From Felis catus (lineage: Eukaryota), in contig NC_058368.1 in assembly GCF_018350175.1 (NCBI RefSeq), positions 193,194,001 through 193,258,000 of the forward strand: a stretch of DNA of 64,000 nucleotides, given 5' to 3'. The notes below the pieces were generated by a model that was not told the origin of the DNA, did no database searches, and saw only the letters and a list, made by a program, of their open reading frames with translations. A program made the position numbers and the translations under genes. This document shows, piece by piece, positions 12,601 through 26,512 of the stretch (position 1 is the stretch's first letter; every line of letters starts with the position of its first letter).

Positions 12601-14844
12601 TAAATGCACAAGAACGTTTTAAAGGCCCTTATAAGATCTGTAGGGAAAAACAACTTGTCTCACCCAGCCCTTTTTAAGCTTATTTCTTCATGAACCCTCT
12701 TTAGCAAGAACTCCTAATCAATTCTCCTTGAAAATGTACCTATAGGTAATGATACATACTAAGACCTTAGATTATAGACCCTGCATAATAAGGATCATGA
12801 CATTTTATCTATCTGGGATAGGTGAGAACATCTCCTCAAGCCAGGCTTCCAAAAAGGAAAAAAAAAATACATCACATAATTATGGAAGCCAGACTAAGTG
12901 GACAGAGGCTTAGGGGTTAAGGATTCTAGTTTCTTTGAACAGAGGTCTGTAATCATCAGAATATGATATTCTGGTTTTCTTGGGGGAACTTGGGGGAATC
13001 TAAGGCTGCCTGGATACAGGTTTTTAATTTTATTTAAAAGAATTAAACAGTTACAGTAATTGTTGTGCCAGGTCCTGTACTTCAAGAGCAGATCAGTGTA
13101 GGAAGCAGGTTCTGTTATGATCCTCGCTTCACAGATGAGTCGTTTGAGATTTAAAATGGTTCTATAACTTGCACAAGTGGAGGAATTTGGATTCAAACTT
13201 AGGTCACCTGGCTCCAAGCCCAGGATGGGGAACACTGCTATACTGACCTGAGGGCACCGAGCCCTGAGGCTTTTTCTGTGCTGACCTGCCTTCCTTTCGT
13301 ATCCTCTTGATTGGACTCTTGAGGTGAGGGACTGGAAACCCCAGAGGGTACCAGTCTGGTTTTCTTCATCGGGGGATTCCTGGGGCCCTTGACATTCCCC
13401 TCATAGGTGGCTGCTTGAAAGGCATTTTTAAAAAAGCATCTGATGCTGTGACTTTGTAATAGTACCTTGAGGCGGTTCAGTCCCTTCACCTGCTGGGCTT
13501 TAGCATGGAAAATGCACTTAGCCCCACAGAACTTTTGGGATGAGGACCAATTGCTATGAAGGGCTAGGATGAGAGGTAGCCACCCAGGGAGACAGCTGTG
13601 ATCAAGCCCAGGCGGCCAACCGCTTCCCACGGCCAGTCCTACTTGGATGTGGGCGTCAGCACATACCATGCTCGCAGGCAATGCTTTTTAATCTCTGGAA
13701 TGCTTTTTATGGTCTTTGAGCAACATGACTGATATTGGCAAGTGTTGCCGTCTCTTTGCCCTGGGACCTGGGGTCCTCTGTTCTCCACCTCTCCTGTTCT
13801 CTGTGTGTGTGCTTGTTTAAATTTCCACATGTCCAGATGCCTCCTTTTTTAGGTAATTTTTTGAAGGTCCTTTCATTGTGACTGGCGCTGATCTTTGTTC
13901 TCTGGATGTTTCTTTGACTCTCAGATTTACCAACTATAAAATGGGGGAGGGTAGTTGGATGAGATGTCCTCCAAGGTTTTTAAAAATAGTAATAATGTGG
14001 CCAAAATTTCCTGACATCTTACTAGATGCTAGAGTTGGTCCTTTTTGTTCATGATATCATTTAATCCTGCCAACAATCAGAAGGAGGAGAGGTTGAGGTA
14101 GCTTGCCAGAGAATACACAACTTGTGGGAGATGGTTGGAATTTGAATCTGGATTGACTGCAGGCCTGTGGGTGCAGCCCTGTGTGCTCAGCAGGTTTGGG
14201 TATTCCCATTTCACAGGCTGACCGTGGAGGCCCCATGAGGGCAAGGTTCGCAGAAGGAGGTTGCTAAAAGGGAAGTTTAGAGCACAGCTTCTTACCCCAG
14301 GGTTTGTGGACATGTAGGGAGACAGGCAGTAGATTTCAGGCAGATCCCATGATCTTCTTCAAACTGAATTGTGAAGTGTGTGTGTGTGTGCATTTTTCCT
14401 GGAATGGGATTCATATTCCTGCATCAGATTCTCAAGGGGTCTGTGACCTCAAAACACAAGATGTGTGGTTGTTCTTAACAGCTGTGTGATCCTATTGAGA
14501 ATCCGATCAAAGTTAAGGACACACTTCCAACAAAAACAAACAACAACAACAAAAAGAAAACAGAAAACCAAAACAAAAACCTTGGAGATATTTAGGGATG
14601 ATCATCTTATTCTGTAAAAGCAGAGAGAGACTCAGAGAGGAAAATCATTCATTCACACAGTGGTGCTAGAATAATAATGGTATTGATGAGGTTAGCGATG
14701 GCAATGATGATGGTTTCAGTAGCAAATACCACTTACCGGGAACATAGTACATTCAAGGCACCATCCTAACTACTGTACTGGGATTGTCTCCTTTAATGCT
14801 CATATCAACCCTGTGAGACAATTACAGTTAACTTCATTTTATTT

Positions 14845-15930
14845 CTCAGCTTTATTTGGAGTATAATTGACAAAACTGTAAAATATTTAAAGTATACAAT
14901 GAGATTTGATGTACGCATACATTGTGAAAGAGTCTCCACCCCCACTGAGTTCTACCTCCATCACCTCACATCGTTTTTGTTTTTGTTTTTTTTCAAATGT
15001 TATTTATTTATTTTGAGAGAGGGTGAAAGAGGGAGTGAGCAAGTGTGTGCCCTTGCTCACGCGTGAGCCAGGGAGGGGCAGAAAGAGAGGGAGAGAGAAT
15101 CCCAAGCAAGCTCTATGCTGTCAGCACAGAGCCTCATGTGGGGCTTGAACTCACAAACCATGAGATAATGACCTGAACCAAAATTAAGAGTTGGACGCTT
15201 AACTCCCTGAGCCACCCAGGTGCCCCCATCACCTCACATCTTTACCTTTATTTGTGTGTTTGTTTATCGAAGTGAGAACACTTAAGTTCTACTCTTGGCA
15301 ATTTTTCATCCTATAATACAGTGTTATCAACTATAGTTACCATGTTTTACATTAGATCCTCAGACTTAATCATCATATAACTGAAAGTTTGTACTCTTTT
15401 ACCGACATGCCTCTATTTCTCCCACCCTCAGGTAACTACTTTCTACTCTCTGTTTCTATGAGCTTTATTATTATTCTTATTTATTTTACATTCCACATAT
15501 AAGTGATGCCATGAAGCACTTTTCTTCCTCTGTCTGGCTTATTTCAATTAGCATAGTACCTTCTACTTGTTGCAAATGACAAGATTTCCTTCTTTTCAAA
15601 GGCTGAATAAGATTCCATTGTGTACACCCACAAACACACACACAGTAGAATTTTCTTTATCCATTCATCCATCGATGGATACTTAGGTTGTTTCTATATC
15701 TTGGCTAGTGTGAATATTGATGCAATGAACATGGTAGTACAGATTTCTGTTTGATATAATGACTTCATTTCTTTTGGATATAACCCAGAAGTGGGGTTGC
15801 TGGATCATATGATATTTGTATTTTTAATGTTTTGAGGAAACTCCATACTATTTTGCATTAGTGGCTCTATCAGTTTACAATGCTACCAAAGCACACAAGG
15901 GTTCCCTTTTCACCACATCTTCATTCACTT
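14845..15930 (-). mobile_element. L1MA/MB 3' end
   Basis: ttctttatccattcatcc, cccagaagtggggttgctggatcatat and gttcccttttcaccacatc motifs. Confidence 0.8.
14973..15226 (-). mobile_element. CAN-SINE inserted in old L1
   Basis: Perfect TSD ccatcacctcacatc at 14958 and 15226. Confidence 0.92.
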
Positions 15931-18854
15931 TCTTTAATAGCTGAGGAAGCCAAGGTCCTCCGAGGTTAAATAACTTGTCCAGATATCCCACAGCGAGGGA
16001 ATGGCTGACATAATAATACATCCCAAAGAGCTTCTATCCCAGGACTCTTATCATACCTTACAAAAACAGAAGGCAGCTGGGCCCTGTCCCCTGGAATCCT
16101 GGAGCTTGCCCTCTTCACGGTTGGCTTGTGGAAGTCAGCAGCATGGCTGTGTGGGTCTCCCATGGCATATATACCACTGAAGGCCTTGGGGGTGGCAGAA
16201 ATGCCCTCACCAGGGAGCTGGGTTCCTAGCCACTCATTGCAGTGACACTTACAGATGAAACACATTTTCTTAACAAATAAGAATCTAATGGATTAGGTTT
16301 TTATCTAATTATGCATTCTGCATTAAAGCTGGGCCTCTCCCAGCCTGATGCTGCCAGCATAATTAAACTTAATGTACTTTTAATGGTGTCTTTTTAACTC
16401 AAGCATTCACATGCAATTAGCATCAAATGGGGATGAGCTGTCCCGGGTCTAGAGGCTCTTCTTCACCTTGCCCCCCCCTCCTCCTGCCATCAGGTGTGAA
16501 TGAATCATGGACCTTAAGGTTTGGGAAACTGTTAGTTTGGGGGGTAAAGATGCCTTGTAATGCTAATCACTTTAATTTGTGTCAACAAAATGGCATCCTC
16601 CTGTCATTTGGCTTTAATTCCAGTAAACACCCCTGAAAGCTGTATGTGTTATACTACCACCATGATGCTGTAGCACGCAGCATGTTCCTGCGTGCTGGGC
16701 ATTTGTGTTCCTTATCTCCCCTCCTCTTCCACTGCCCCGTGAAGTGTAGTATTTTGTCACTTTTACTGGTGGGGAAAACTGTGACTCAGATGGAAATATT
16801 TTCCCAGCTCAAACAGCTGGAAAGAGGTGAGGACCAGTCAGTATTCATCCCCAGTGCTGGGTCCCTTCCCGAATGTACGCCCTTGCAGACGGAAGAACGT
16901 GGAAGCTGGGGCAGACCTTTGCAGTGCTCATGATCTATGAACACTAGTATTTCCAGCCTTGTTTGTCCCTCATGCTCCCTTCTTTGCCCCTGCCACCACA
17001 CCTCAATGCCAGCCCCCTCAGGGCTCTGGCATGCACCCTGATGCACAGTCCTGGTTTCCCCACTCAGGCTTCCCCCAGCCCCCACTCCCTGTCTCACTCT
17101 CCTGCTCTGTGCTATTGCATCCCATCGTCTGGTGTCAGAGGTGTCACCTCTGCCAAATTCCTTTCCCAATTCCTCCTGCTTCCTTCCCCTTGATTTTAAA
17201 GCACTTTATTTCTATTGCTAATACAAGAAAGGCTTTGATGTGTCATAATTGAATTATTCATATGTCTCTATTACTAACTTGATTGTGAACTGCAGGAGAT
17301 AAGGGATGTTTATAATGTTTCTCTTCTTCCTCCCCTGCACCTGATGTATAATTCTGTACTTATTACATAGTTGGCTCTGATGCAAGGATAATATTCGAAA
17401 TACTTAGCAACTGGTACGGTGTGTGCACTGACTCATGAGAATGGACTCTGACTGTCCTGGTGGGTTTATGTGTAAAATTTCAACCCTGTCCTGATATGTG
17501 CATAGGAAATTGAAACAGCCAATGGAAATCTACTAAAAGGATTTCTTGTTAGTCCCTTACCACCATACTGTCTTCAAAATGATCTACTGCACCCCCTGTT
17601 TCTTTCAGGCATTCCGTCTCTGATCTCATATCCACTTTACTTACCATGCTCTAGACTTCTGTTCTGATCCTCAGTCCCTCCAAATCACTCCAGCCTCAGG
17701 ATGTTGGCTCCCCTTTGCCTTCTGACACCATGGCTAGCTCCCTCAAATTGGTCAGCGATCTGCTTAGACATTATCTTAGAGAGGATCCCTTGCCCATCCT
17801 ACTACAGATCCTCCTTATTCCCCTCCACTCAGTCTCTCATGCCTCCCTGATTATCTCTCAGAGCAATGACTACAATATTTTGTTTACTAATGGCTTACTT
17901 ATTAGTGTTTTATTCGTTATCAGAATGTATGTTCCACACCAGTATAGATCTTTGCGTCTTTGTCACAGCTATAGCCCCACCTGGTACACATTAGGTACTT
18001 GAGAAATTTGATTGTTTATTCACTGGAGAAGCGAATATATGAGTGAATGAATGAAGGAATGAATGAATTAATATGAAAGGAAATCTCTTTCATTTGAAAA
18101 CCATTAGCGCTGATATGAATGAGCTAGACATTTTGCTCAGCACCCGGGGCATATAGGGATGAACAAGGAAGCTCACTTGGGAGGACACATTGGTTGCAAA
18201 GAAACCTCTCAAGTTGCATGAGTGCTGGGAGGGTTTTTCCTGGGGAGAAGTACAGGGACTGTAGCCTAAAGTGGGAATTTTTTGGATTTAAGACTGGGCC
18301 TCCTACATCAGCTTGTGCTTTCATGTTTACTCCATGTATGGCCCTGCATCCTTCTGTGAAACACACTCATTCTTCTTTCCACCAAGTGTAGCTCCTCCTC
18401 ACCCTCTGTGCTGTTCTGTCTGCCATAAATTCATCTTGTGCATGGCGTGGGCTTGTCCTGGCCCTGACTCAACTCTGATGCCATGCTACTCATGCTTGGA
18501 GCCTGAACCTCCATGGCTACTGGGAGCCACTCTGCTGTGGGGGCCCTCCCACCATACTTTCAGGTCCCATAAACGTTTCTAATTTCTTTTAAAGATCTTG
18601 GATATATATGACTCATGCCTGGGTTTAATTTGCCTTACCTGATCAATAGAAAGTAACAGAGAAGGCATCTAGCCCGGTCATTACCACCTGTTCACTCTAC
18701 AGATAACTCCCACGTTTGGGGGGTACATGGGGGTACATGTGTATCAGGTACTGTGCCACTAGTACTGGTGTTATCTTCACTTTACAGATGGGTAAACTGA
18801 GGCTCAGTGAGGTTTCAAAGTTTGAGCCTTTCTTATCTGAATCTAGCTCTCCCA

Positions 18855-18930
18855 TTCTTTCTTCTTCTTCTTCTTCTTCTTCTTCTTCTTCTTCTCCTTC
18901 TCCTTCTCCTCCTCCTCCTCCTCCTCCTCC

Positions 18931-18962
<32 letters not shown>

Positions 18963-19069
18963 CTCCTCTTCCTCCTCCTCTTCCTCCTCCTTCCCTTTCT
19001 CCTCCTCCTCCTCCTTTTTCTTCTTCTTCTTCTTCTTCTTCTTCTTCTTCTTCTTCTTCTTCTTCTTCT
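18855..19069. repeat. Compound (TTC)n/(TCC)n microsatellite
   Basis: 215 nt of only C and T on the + strand. Confidence 0.97.
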
Positions 19070-19199
19070 AAGTAGACTCCACACCCTATGGAGCCCAACC
19101 CAGGACTTGAACTCAGGATTGAACTCACAACTGTGAGATCAAGACCTGAGCTGAAATCAAGGGTTGAATGCTTAACTGACTGAGCCACCCAGGCGCCCT
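18860..19199 (-). mobile_element. CAN-SINE with tail expanded to (GAA)/(GGA)n
   Basis: SINE head at 19070-19198. TSD t(a/g)gctctc(c/g)cattctt at 18844 and 19201. Confidence 0.85.
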
Positions 19200-21229
19200 G
19201 TGGCTCTCGCATTCTTAACCAGGAAACTCTTCTCCCTTCCTTTTCTCTGGCACCCCTCCACCACTTTCTTTTTGAGATGTTTTCCTTCTTCTGGTTTTGA
19301 CTTCTACAGACAAAGGCATGAGGTTATTCAGCTGTTGAATAGATTCCTATAGATCAGTCAGCATCGCATCACCAGGAAAGTTTAGAATTTCACTTACCAC
19401 CCAAATCAGCAGGTCCTAAACAGTTAAAGAAATCAAAGTGTTTGTTCCCTGGCTGCCATGTGGCCAGTCCCCCAGAGCTTTGTCAGCAGGTCCACTGCCC
19501 TGTGGGTTTCCTTCCGTCACTGGGTAGCATAGGATTGAATCCCTTTCTTTAAAACCTCTGTGGTTGGTTCTGTTTTAAGAAATGCATTGTAAGAAATGCA
19601 TTTCTAAGTCTATGCTAATTTTCAAGATAGTCAAATGTTATGGCACAGCTATAGAGATGCATTAATATGCACATATATTTATTTGTGAGCATATGTGAAA
19701 AGGCCTGGAAGGATTCTCTCCAAAGTAGAAATAGTGGTCTCTCCTAGAGAAGGGAGTGGGAATAGGGGAGCTCCAATCTTTATGAGACAGATTTCAGTGT
19801 AGTTTTTGTTTTTTTCCAATGGACAATTGCTTCTTTAATTAAAGAAATTAAACACCAAGAAATATTGTTTTATGAAGGAATGGATATGGTCTTGGGTAAA
19901 ATCCTGTGGCCTCTCTGGGTTCCAGTTTTCTTATTTACAAAATGAGAAATGAAGTGATCTCTAAGGGCCCCACCACAGCACTAATATTCTCCAATTCTTT
20001 CTATTCTATCTTATAAAGTGCAGACTGTGTCGATCAGCAGATCATCAACGAGGTAGGGGACTGCTGTAATTTGTTTTTTAAGAGTAAATAAAGTTAGAGG
20101 CTCAATGTGTTCTGCTCTCAGAAGCTATGCAGCACCTCATCCAGCTCATCATTTCAGATACTTACTGAATACCTACTGTGGGCCAGAGAGGATTCCAGGT
20201 GCATGGGGCAGAGCGGTGAAAAAGAGTGCAGAGACCCCTGCACTTGCGAGAAACAAGACAGAATACAAGAAGATAAAACACAGTCATCTCAGGTTTGGAT
20301 AACTGGCATGAAAGGACCAAGGTACATGGAGAGAGGATGCCCAGAGGAGCCTTTCTCAGGAGGAGACATTGAGCTGCTGCCCACCAGGAAGATGAGAATG
20401 AGCAGGTGGGCACAAAGCTGCAGGAAGCGCATTCTGGGAGGAGGGGCAAGTTCAAAGGTCTGGAGGTGGGAAGGGCTTAGTGCTTTGGATGCTGGTGAGG
20501 CAAGAGGAGCACAGAGGGCAAGGTGGGGGGTGAGACGGCTGGGTTGGAGGGGTAGGCATAGGCCAGGTCCTGCAGACTAATGATCCTCTGAGTCTGAAAC
20601 TTAGATTTTACTTGAAGAACAGTGGATGTCTGTGGAAGATATTTTGTGGGAGACTGATGTGTTCTGATAAGGCTGTCATCAGTGTGGATGGGGAGAAAGG
20701 GAAGGACTTCTTATTTATTTTGAGGTAGAACTGACAAGCCGTAGCAATGAAGTAGGTGAGGAGAGTGGGGCAAAAACAGGGGAGGGGGGAGGAAGGATGT
20801 TCTAGAACTAAGTGCCCACCCTGAACAGAGCCCTGCCAGGGAGCCATAGCCAAGGGTGGGGGCGCAGATGGAAATGTTCATTTCATTTAGGCCTAGAATC
20901 TCTGCTCTGTTCTTAGAATTGAGGAGAAGTGAGATATAAGGTATGGCCTTGACTTTAAGGAGCTTACTGGCATTTTTAGGGTGTGAGACACATCACACAA
21001 GGTAACTGTGCCATTAGAAAAAAAAAATGCCTGAAAATTCTTTGTGGCATTCATGTCCCCTCTGCTTGACTTGGAGCACACCAGTGACTGCTTTGACTGA
21101 TAGAGTCTGGCAGGAGTGATGCCACGTGGGTTCCAAGGGAAAGCTATGAAGGGAAATGCCTTATTCACAGTACTCATGCTTGGAGCCTGATCCTCTGTGA
21201 CTACTGGGAGTTACTCTGCTACAGGAGAG

Positions 21230-21492
21230 TTCCCTAAGTGGCAGACCTAGTCTTCAAGCCATCCCAGGGCAGGGGCCAGATATGAGGTCCAAGGAATCTC
21301 CATATGATTTCAGTCCCCACTCTGTGAGTCATGCTTAACCTTTGAGTCTTCCTACCCGAAGTCTCAGACATCATGGAGCAGAGAAGAGCTGTCTCTGCTG
21401 TGCCCTGTTCAAAGTCCTGACCCACACAATCTGGTTGTTTTATGATACTAAATTTTGGAGCAGTTTGTTACACAGCAATAAAAACCAGAGCA
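21230..21492 (+). mobile_element. MLT1 (I/J-like) LTR fragment
   Basis: cagacatcatggagcagaga and ttgttacacagcaata motifs. Confidence 0.65.
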
Positions 21493-21524
21493 GTCAAAGC
21501 CTATCTGAAGATGCTGCGTGCTGA

Positions 21525-21915
21525 CTGATCCCAACACTATGAGATTCTGGCAAAGGCACAACTGTGGAGACAGTAAAAAGGTCAGTGGCTGCCAGGGGTG
21601 GTGGGGGAAGGGATGAACAGGCAGAGAACAAAGGAGTTTTAGGGCAGAGAAATTATTCTGTATGACATTATAATGATGGATACATGCCGTTCTGCATTTG
21701 TCCAAACTCTTAGACTACACAACACCAACAGGGAACCCTAATGTAAACTATGGACTTTGATACATTCATCGATTGTAACAAATGTACCACTCTGCCAGGG
21801 AGGTGTTGACAGTGGAGAAGTCTCTGCATGGGTAGGGCAGGTGGGGAATCTCTGTACCTTGTGTTCATTTTTGCTGTGAACCTAAAACTGCTCTTAAAAA
21901 TTAATGCTTTAAAAA
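21525..21915 (+). mobile_element. L1MC/MB 3' end fragment
   Basis: aaaggcacaactgtggagacag, aaccctaatgtaaactatggactt and gattgtaacaaatgtaccactct motifs. Confidence 0.75.
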
Positions 21916-23140
21916 TACAAAAACAGAGTAGCAGTCTAGATTGGTAAATCCTTGGTTGGGATATTTAGGAGGTCTGCATTTTGGTCCTGGCTTTAGCAAA
22001 AAATCACTCATTCTGGGTTTTGTTTCTAAGCACAGATTATTTGCACCACTTGGAGACTTGATGCTAATTTCCTTGATGCCAGTCTGAGTGGCTCAGGAGG
22101 AGAGAGAATGGTTTCAGCACCGCCAACCCCAATATCCATATACCTGGTGGCCTCTATGGGGGCACTCTGTCGTGTGCAGAACCAGCCTGTGCAATCAGTT
22201 CAAACTGCCTTGATTGTCACAGGGTGGCAGATTTCCCACCTTCCTTTCTTCTCCATTTGTCTTCATCTTCCTTGAGGATCTTTGGCCTTGGAAACAAATG
22301 CCAGGGAAGGTGTACAGGGAAGGCTATAGGAGTTCTAGACTCCCTGCCACCCTCTCACTCTGTGACGTTGGATAAGTCTTATTCCTTCTGTGGGACTCCG
22401 TTCTTTATTTGCGAAATAGGAACTTGGACAAGAATTAAATAACGCTTTTATTTATGTTTTATTTGTTTTTGCATGAGAGCCAATTGAGGAAAAGTAAAAT
22501 GACGAAGTTTGGGGAAACATTTCTTCCTCCCTAAGTCAAAATGAAAATGGTTTTTTGAAGCAAAAAGCCACACTGAAGCTGCTTAACTGCCACTTTGTCA
22601 TCATAACTAACATTTGTCATATATGAGGTCTAGAGTGGGCCCAGCATTGTGCTAAGTGCTTTACATGCTTTAAGGTCATTTAGTTAACCCTTTGTAGCAG
22701 ACATTGTTGTCCCCATTTTACAGATGAGAAGACAGAGTCTCAGGCAGTTTAACTGACTGCCCAGTATTAGCCAACTGTTAGGATTTGAACACAAGACACA
22801 GTACCACCGCTCTTAGCTACTGTCCTGCCGTCTTTTAGCTCATCCCAGACATGAAGACCCCTTCTGGAGGTTGTGTTTTGTGATTTTGCGATCTTGTGGA
22901 CCCTTCCTCCTCAGAATTGACTCCTTCAATGGCCTTAGAGAAGAGCTAGGACTCAGCAGAGTCCTTCATACCTTTACTGATGACCAATTCCTACTTCTGC
23001 AAGAAAATATCCAAGCCACGTGCAGACATGAGGCTTCCTCAGCACTCCATGTCCTGGCTGAGCTTTAGCCACTGAGAATGACAATGACAGAGATACCCCA
23101 CAACCACCTGATTTCCCCTGCCCACTTCCCAGACCACTTT

Positions 23141-26100
23141 TTTTTTTCAGTATATGAAATTTATTGTCAAATTGGTTTCCATACAACACCCAGTGCTCAT
23201 CCCAAAAGGTGCCCTCCTCAATACCCATCACCCACCCTCCCCTCCCTCCCACCCCCCATCAACCCTCAGTTTGTTCTCAGTTTTTAACAGTCTCTTATGC
23301 TTTGGCTCTCTCCCACTCTAACCTCTTTTTTTTTTTTTTTTTCCTTCCCTTCCCCCATGGTCTTCTGTTAAGTTTCTCAAGATCCACATAAGAGTGAAAC
23401 CATATGGTATCTGACTTTCTCTGTATGGCTTATTTCACTTAGCATCACACTCTCCAGTTCCATCCACGTTGCTACAAAAGGCCATATTTCATTCTTTCTC
23501 ATTGCCATGTAGTATTCCATTGTGTATATAAACCACAATTTCTTTATCCATTCATCAGTTGATGGACATTTAGGCTCTTTCCACAATTTGCCTATTGTTG
23601 AGAGTGCTGCTATGAACATTGGGGTATAAGTGCCCCTATGCATCAGTACTCCTGTATCCCTTGGGTAAATTCCTAGCAGTGCTATTGCTGGGTCATATGG
23701 TAGGTCTATTTTTAATTTTCTGAGGAACCTCCACACTGCTTTCCAGAGCGGCTGCACCAATTTGCATTCCCACCAACAGTGCAAGAGGGTTCCCGTTTCT
23801 CCACATCCTCTCCAGCATCTATAGTCTCCTGATTTGTTCATTTTGGCCACTCTGACTGGCGTGAGGTGATACCTGAGTGTGATTTTGATTTGTATTTCCC
23901 TGATAAGGAGCGACATTGAACATCTTTTCATGTGCCTGTTGGCCATCCGGATATCTTCTTTAGAGAAGTGTCTTTTCATGTTTTCTGCCCATTTCTTCAC
24001 TGGGTTATTTGTTTTTCGGGTGTGGAGTTTGGTGAGTTCTTTATAGATTTTGGATACTAGCCCTTTGTCTGATATGTCATTTGCAAATATCTTTTCCCAT
24101 TCCATTGGTTGCCTTTTAGTTTTGTTGGTTGTTTCCTTTGCTGTGCAGAAGCTTTTTATCTCATAAGGTCCCAGTAATTCATTTTTGCTTTTAATTCCCT
24201 TGCCTTTGGGGATGTGTTGAGTAAGAGATTGCTACAGCTGAGGTCAGAGAGGTTTCTTCCTGCTTTCTCCTCTAGGGTTTTGATGGTTTTCTGTCTCACA
24301 TTCAGGTCCTTTATCCATTTTGAATTTATTTTTATGAATGGTGTGAGAAAGTGGTCTAGTTTCAACCTTCTGCATGTTGCTGTCCAGTTCTCCCAGCACC
24401 ATTTGTTAAAGAGACTGTCTTTTTTCCATTGGATGTTCTTTCCTGCTTTGTCAAAGATGAGCTGGCCATACGTTTGTGGGTCTAGTTCTGGGGTTTCTAT
24501 TCTATTCCATTGGTCTGTGTGTCTGTTTTTGTGCCAATACCATGCTGTCTTGATGATGACAGCTTTGTAGTAGAGGCTAAAGTCTGGGATTGTGATGCCT
24601 CCTGCTTTGGTCTTCTTCTTCAAAATTCCTTTGGCTATTCGGGGCCTTTTGTGGTTCCATATGAATTTTAGGATTGCTTGTTCTAGTTTTGAGAAGAATG
24701 CTGGTGCAATTTTGATTGGGATTGCATTGAATGTGTAGATAGCTTTGGGTAGTATTGACATTTTGAAAATATTTATTCTTCCAATCCATGAGCAGGGAAT
24801 GTCTTTCCATTTCTTTATATCTTCTTCAACTACCTTCATAAGCTTTCTATAGTTTTCAGCATACAGATCTTTTACATCTTTGGTTAGATTTATTCCCAGG
24901 TATTTTATGCTTCTTGGTGCAATTGTGAATGGGATCAGTTTCTTTATTTGTCTTTCTGTTGCTTCATTGTTAGTGTATAAGAATGCAACTGATTTCTGTA
25001 CATTGATTTTGTATCCTGCAACTTTGCTGAATTCATGTATCAGTTCTAGCAGACTTTTGGTGGAGTCTATCGGATTTTCCATGTATAATGTCATGTCATC
25101 TGCAAAGAGCGAAAGCTTGACTTTATCTTTGCCAATTTTGATGCCTTTGATTTCCTTTTGTTGTCTGATTGCTGATGCTAGAACTTCTAGCACTATGTTA
25201 AACAACAGCGGTGAGAGTGGGCATCCGTATCGTGTTCCTGATCTCAGGGAAAAAGCTCTCAGTTTTTCCCCATTGAGGATGATGTTAGCTGTGGGCTTTT
25301 CATAAATGGCTTTTATGATCTTTAAGTATGTTCCTTCTATCCCGACTTTCTCAAGGGTTTTTATTAAGAAAGGGTACTGGATTTTGTCAAAGGCCTTTTC
25401 TGCATCGATTGACAGGATCATACGGTTCTTATCTTTTCTTTTATTAATGTGATGTATCACGTTGATTGATTTGCGAATGTTGAACAAGCCCTGCATCCCA
25501 GGAATGAATCCCACTTGATCATGGTGAATAATTCTTTTTATATGGTGTTGAATTCGATTTGCTAGTATCTTATTGAGAATTTGCATCCATATTCATCAGG
25601 GATATTGGCCTGTAGTTCTCTTTTTTTCCTGGGTCTCTGTCTGGTTTAGGAATCAAAGTAATACTGGCTTCATAGAATGAGTCTGGAAGTTTTCCTTCCC
25701 TTTCTATTTCTTGGAATAGCTTGAGAAGGATAGGTATTATCTCTGCTTTAAACGTCTGGTAGAACTCCCCTGGGAAGCCATCTGGTCCTGGACTCTTATT
25801 TGTTGGGAGATTTTTGATAACCGATTCAATTTCTTCGCTGGTTATGGGTCTGTTCAAGCTTTCTATTTCCTCCTGATTGAGTTTTGGAAGAGTGTGGGTG
25901 TTTAGGAATTTGTCCATTTCTTCCAGGTTGTCCAATTTGTTGGCATATAATTTTTCATAGTATTCCCTGATAATTGTTTGTATCTCTGAGGGATTGGTTG
26001 TAATAATTCCATTTTCATTCATGATTTTATCTATTTGGGTCATCTCCCTTTTCTTTTTGAGAAGCCTGGCTAGAGGTTTATCAATTTTGTTATTTTTTCA

Positions 26101-26512
26101 AAAAACCAACTCTTGGTTTCTTTGATCTGCTCTACAGTTTTTTTAGATTCTATATTGTTTATTTCTGCTCTGATCTTTATTATTTCTCTTCTTCTGCTGA
26201 GTTTAGGCTGCCTTTGCTGTTCTGCCTCTAGTTCCTTTGGGTGTGCTGTTAGATTTTGTATTTGAGATTTTCTTGTTTCTTGAGATAGGCCTGGATGGCG
26301 ATGTATTTTCCTCTCAGGACTGCCTTCACTGCATCCCAAAGCGTCTGGATTGTTGTATTTTCATTTTCGTTTGTTTCCATGTATTTTTTAATTTCTTCTC
26401 TAATTGCCTGGTTGACCCACTCATTCTTTAGTAGGGTGTTCTTTAACCTCCATGCTTTTGGAGGTTTTCCAGACTTTCTCCTGTGGTTGATTTCAAGCTT
26501 CATAGCATTGTG
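23141..26512 (-). mobile_element. 5'-truncated felid LINE-1 (L1_Fc-like) with frameshifted ORF2
   Basis: ORF2 fragments at 26249-26521, 26070-26339, 25570-26043, 24156-25586 (RT motif LFADDM) and 23377-24105 (Cys-rich C-terminus), then 3'UTR and A tail. TSD ccagaccacttt at 23129-23140 and 26513-26524. Confidence 0.95.

Noticed and set aside
18697..19212. ORFs with poly-E/G/S/P/L/R runs
   Set aside because: They are translations of the TTC/TCC microsatellite and SINE, not genes.
24214..25305. Plus-strand ORFs of 118 and 141 aa
   Set aside because: Antisense shadow frames of L1 ORF2.
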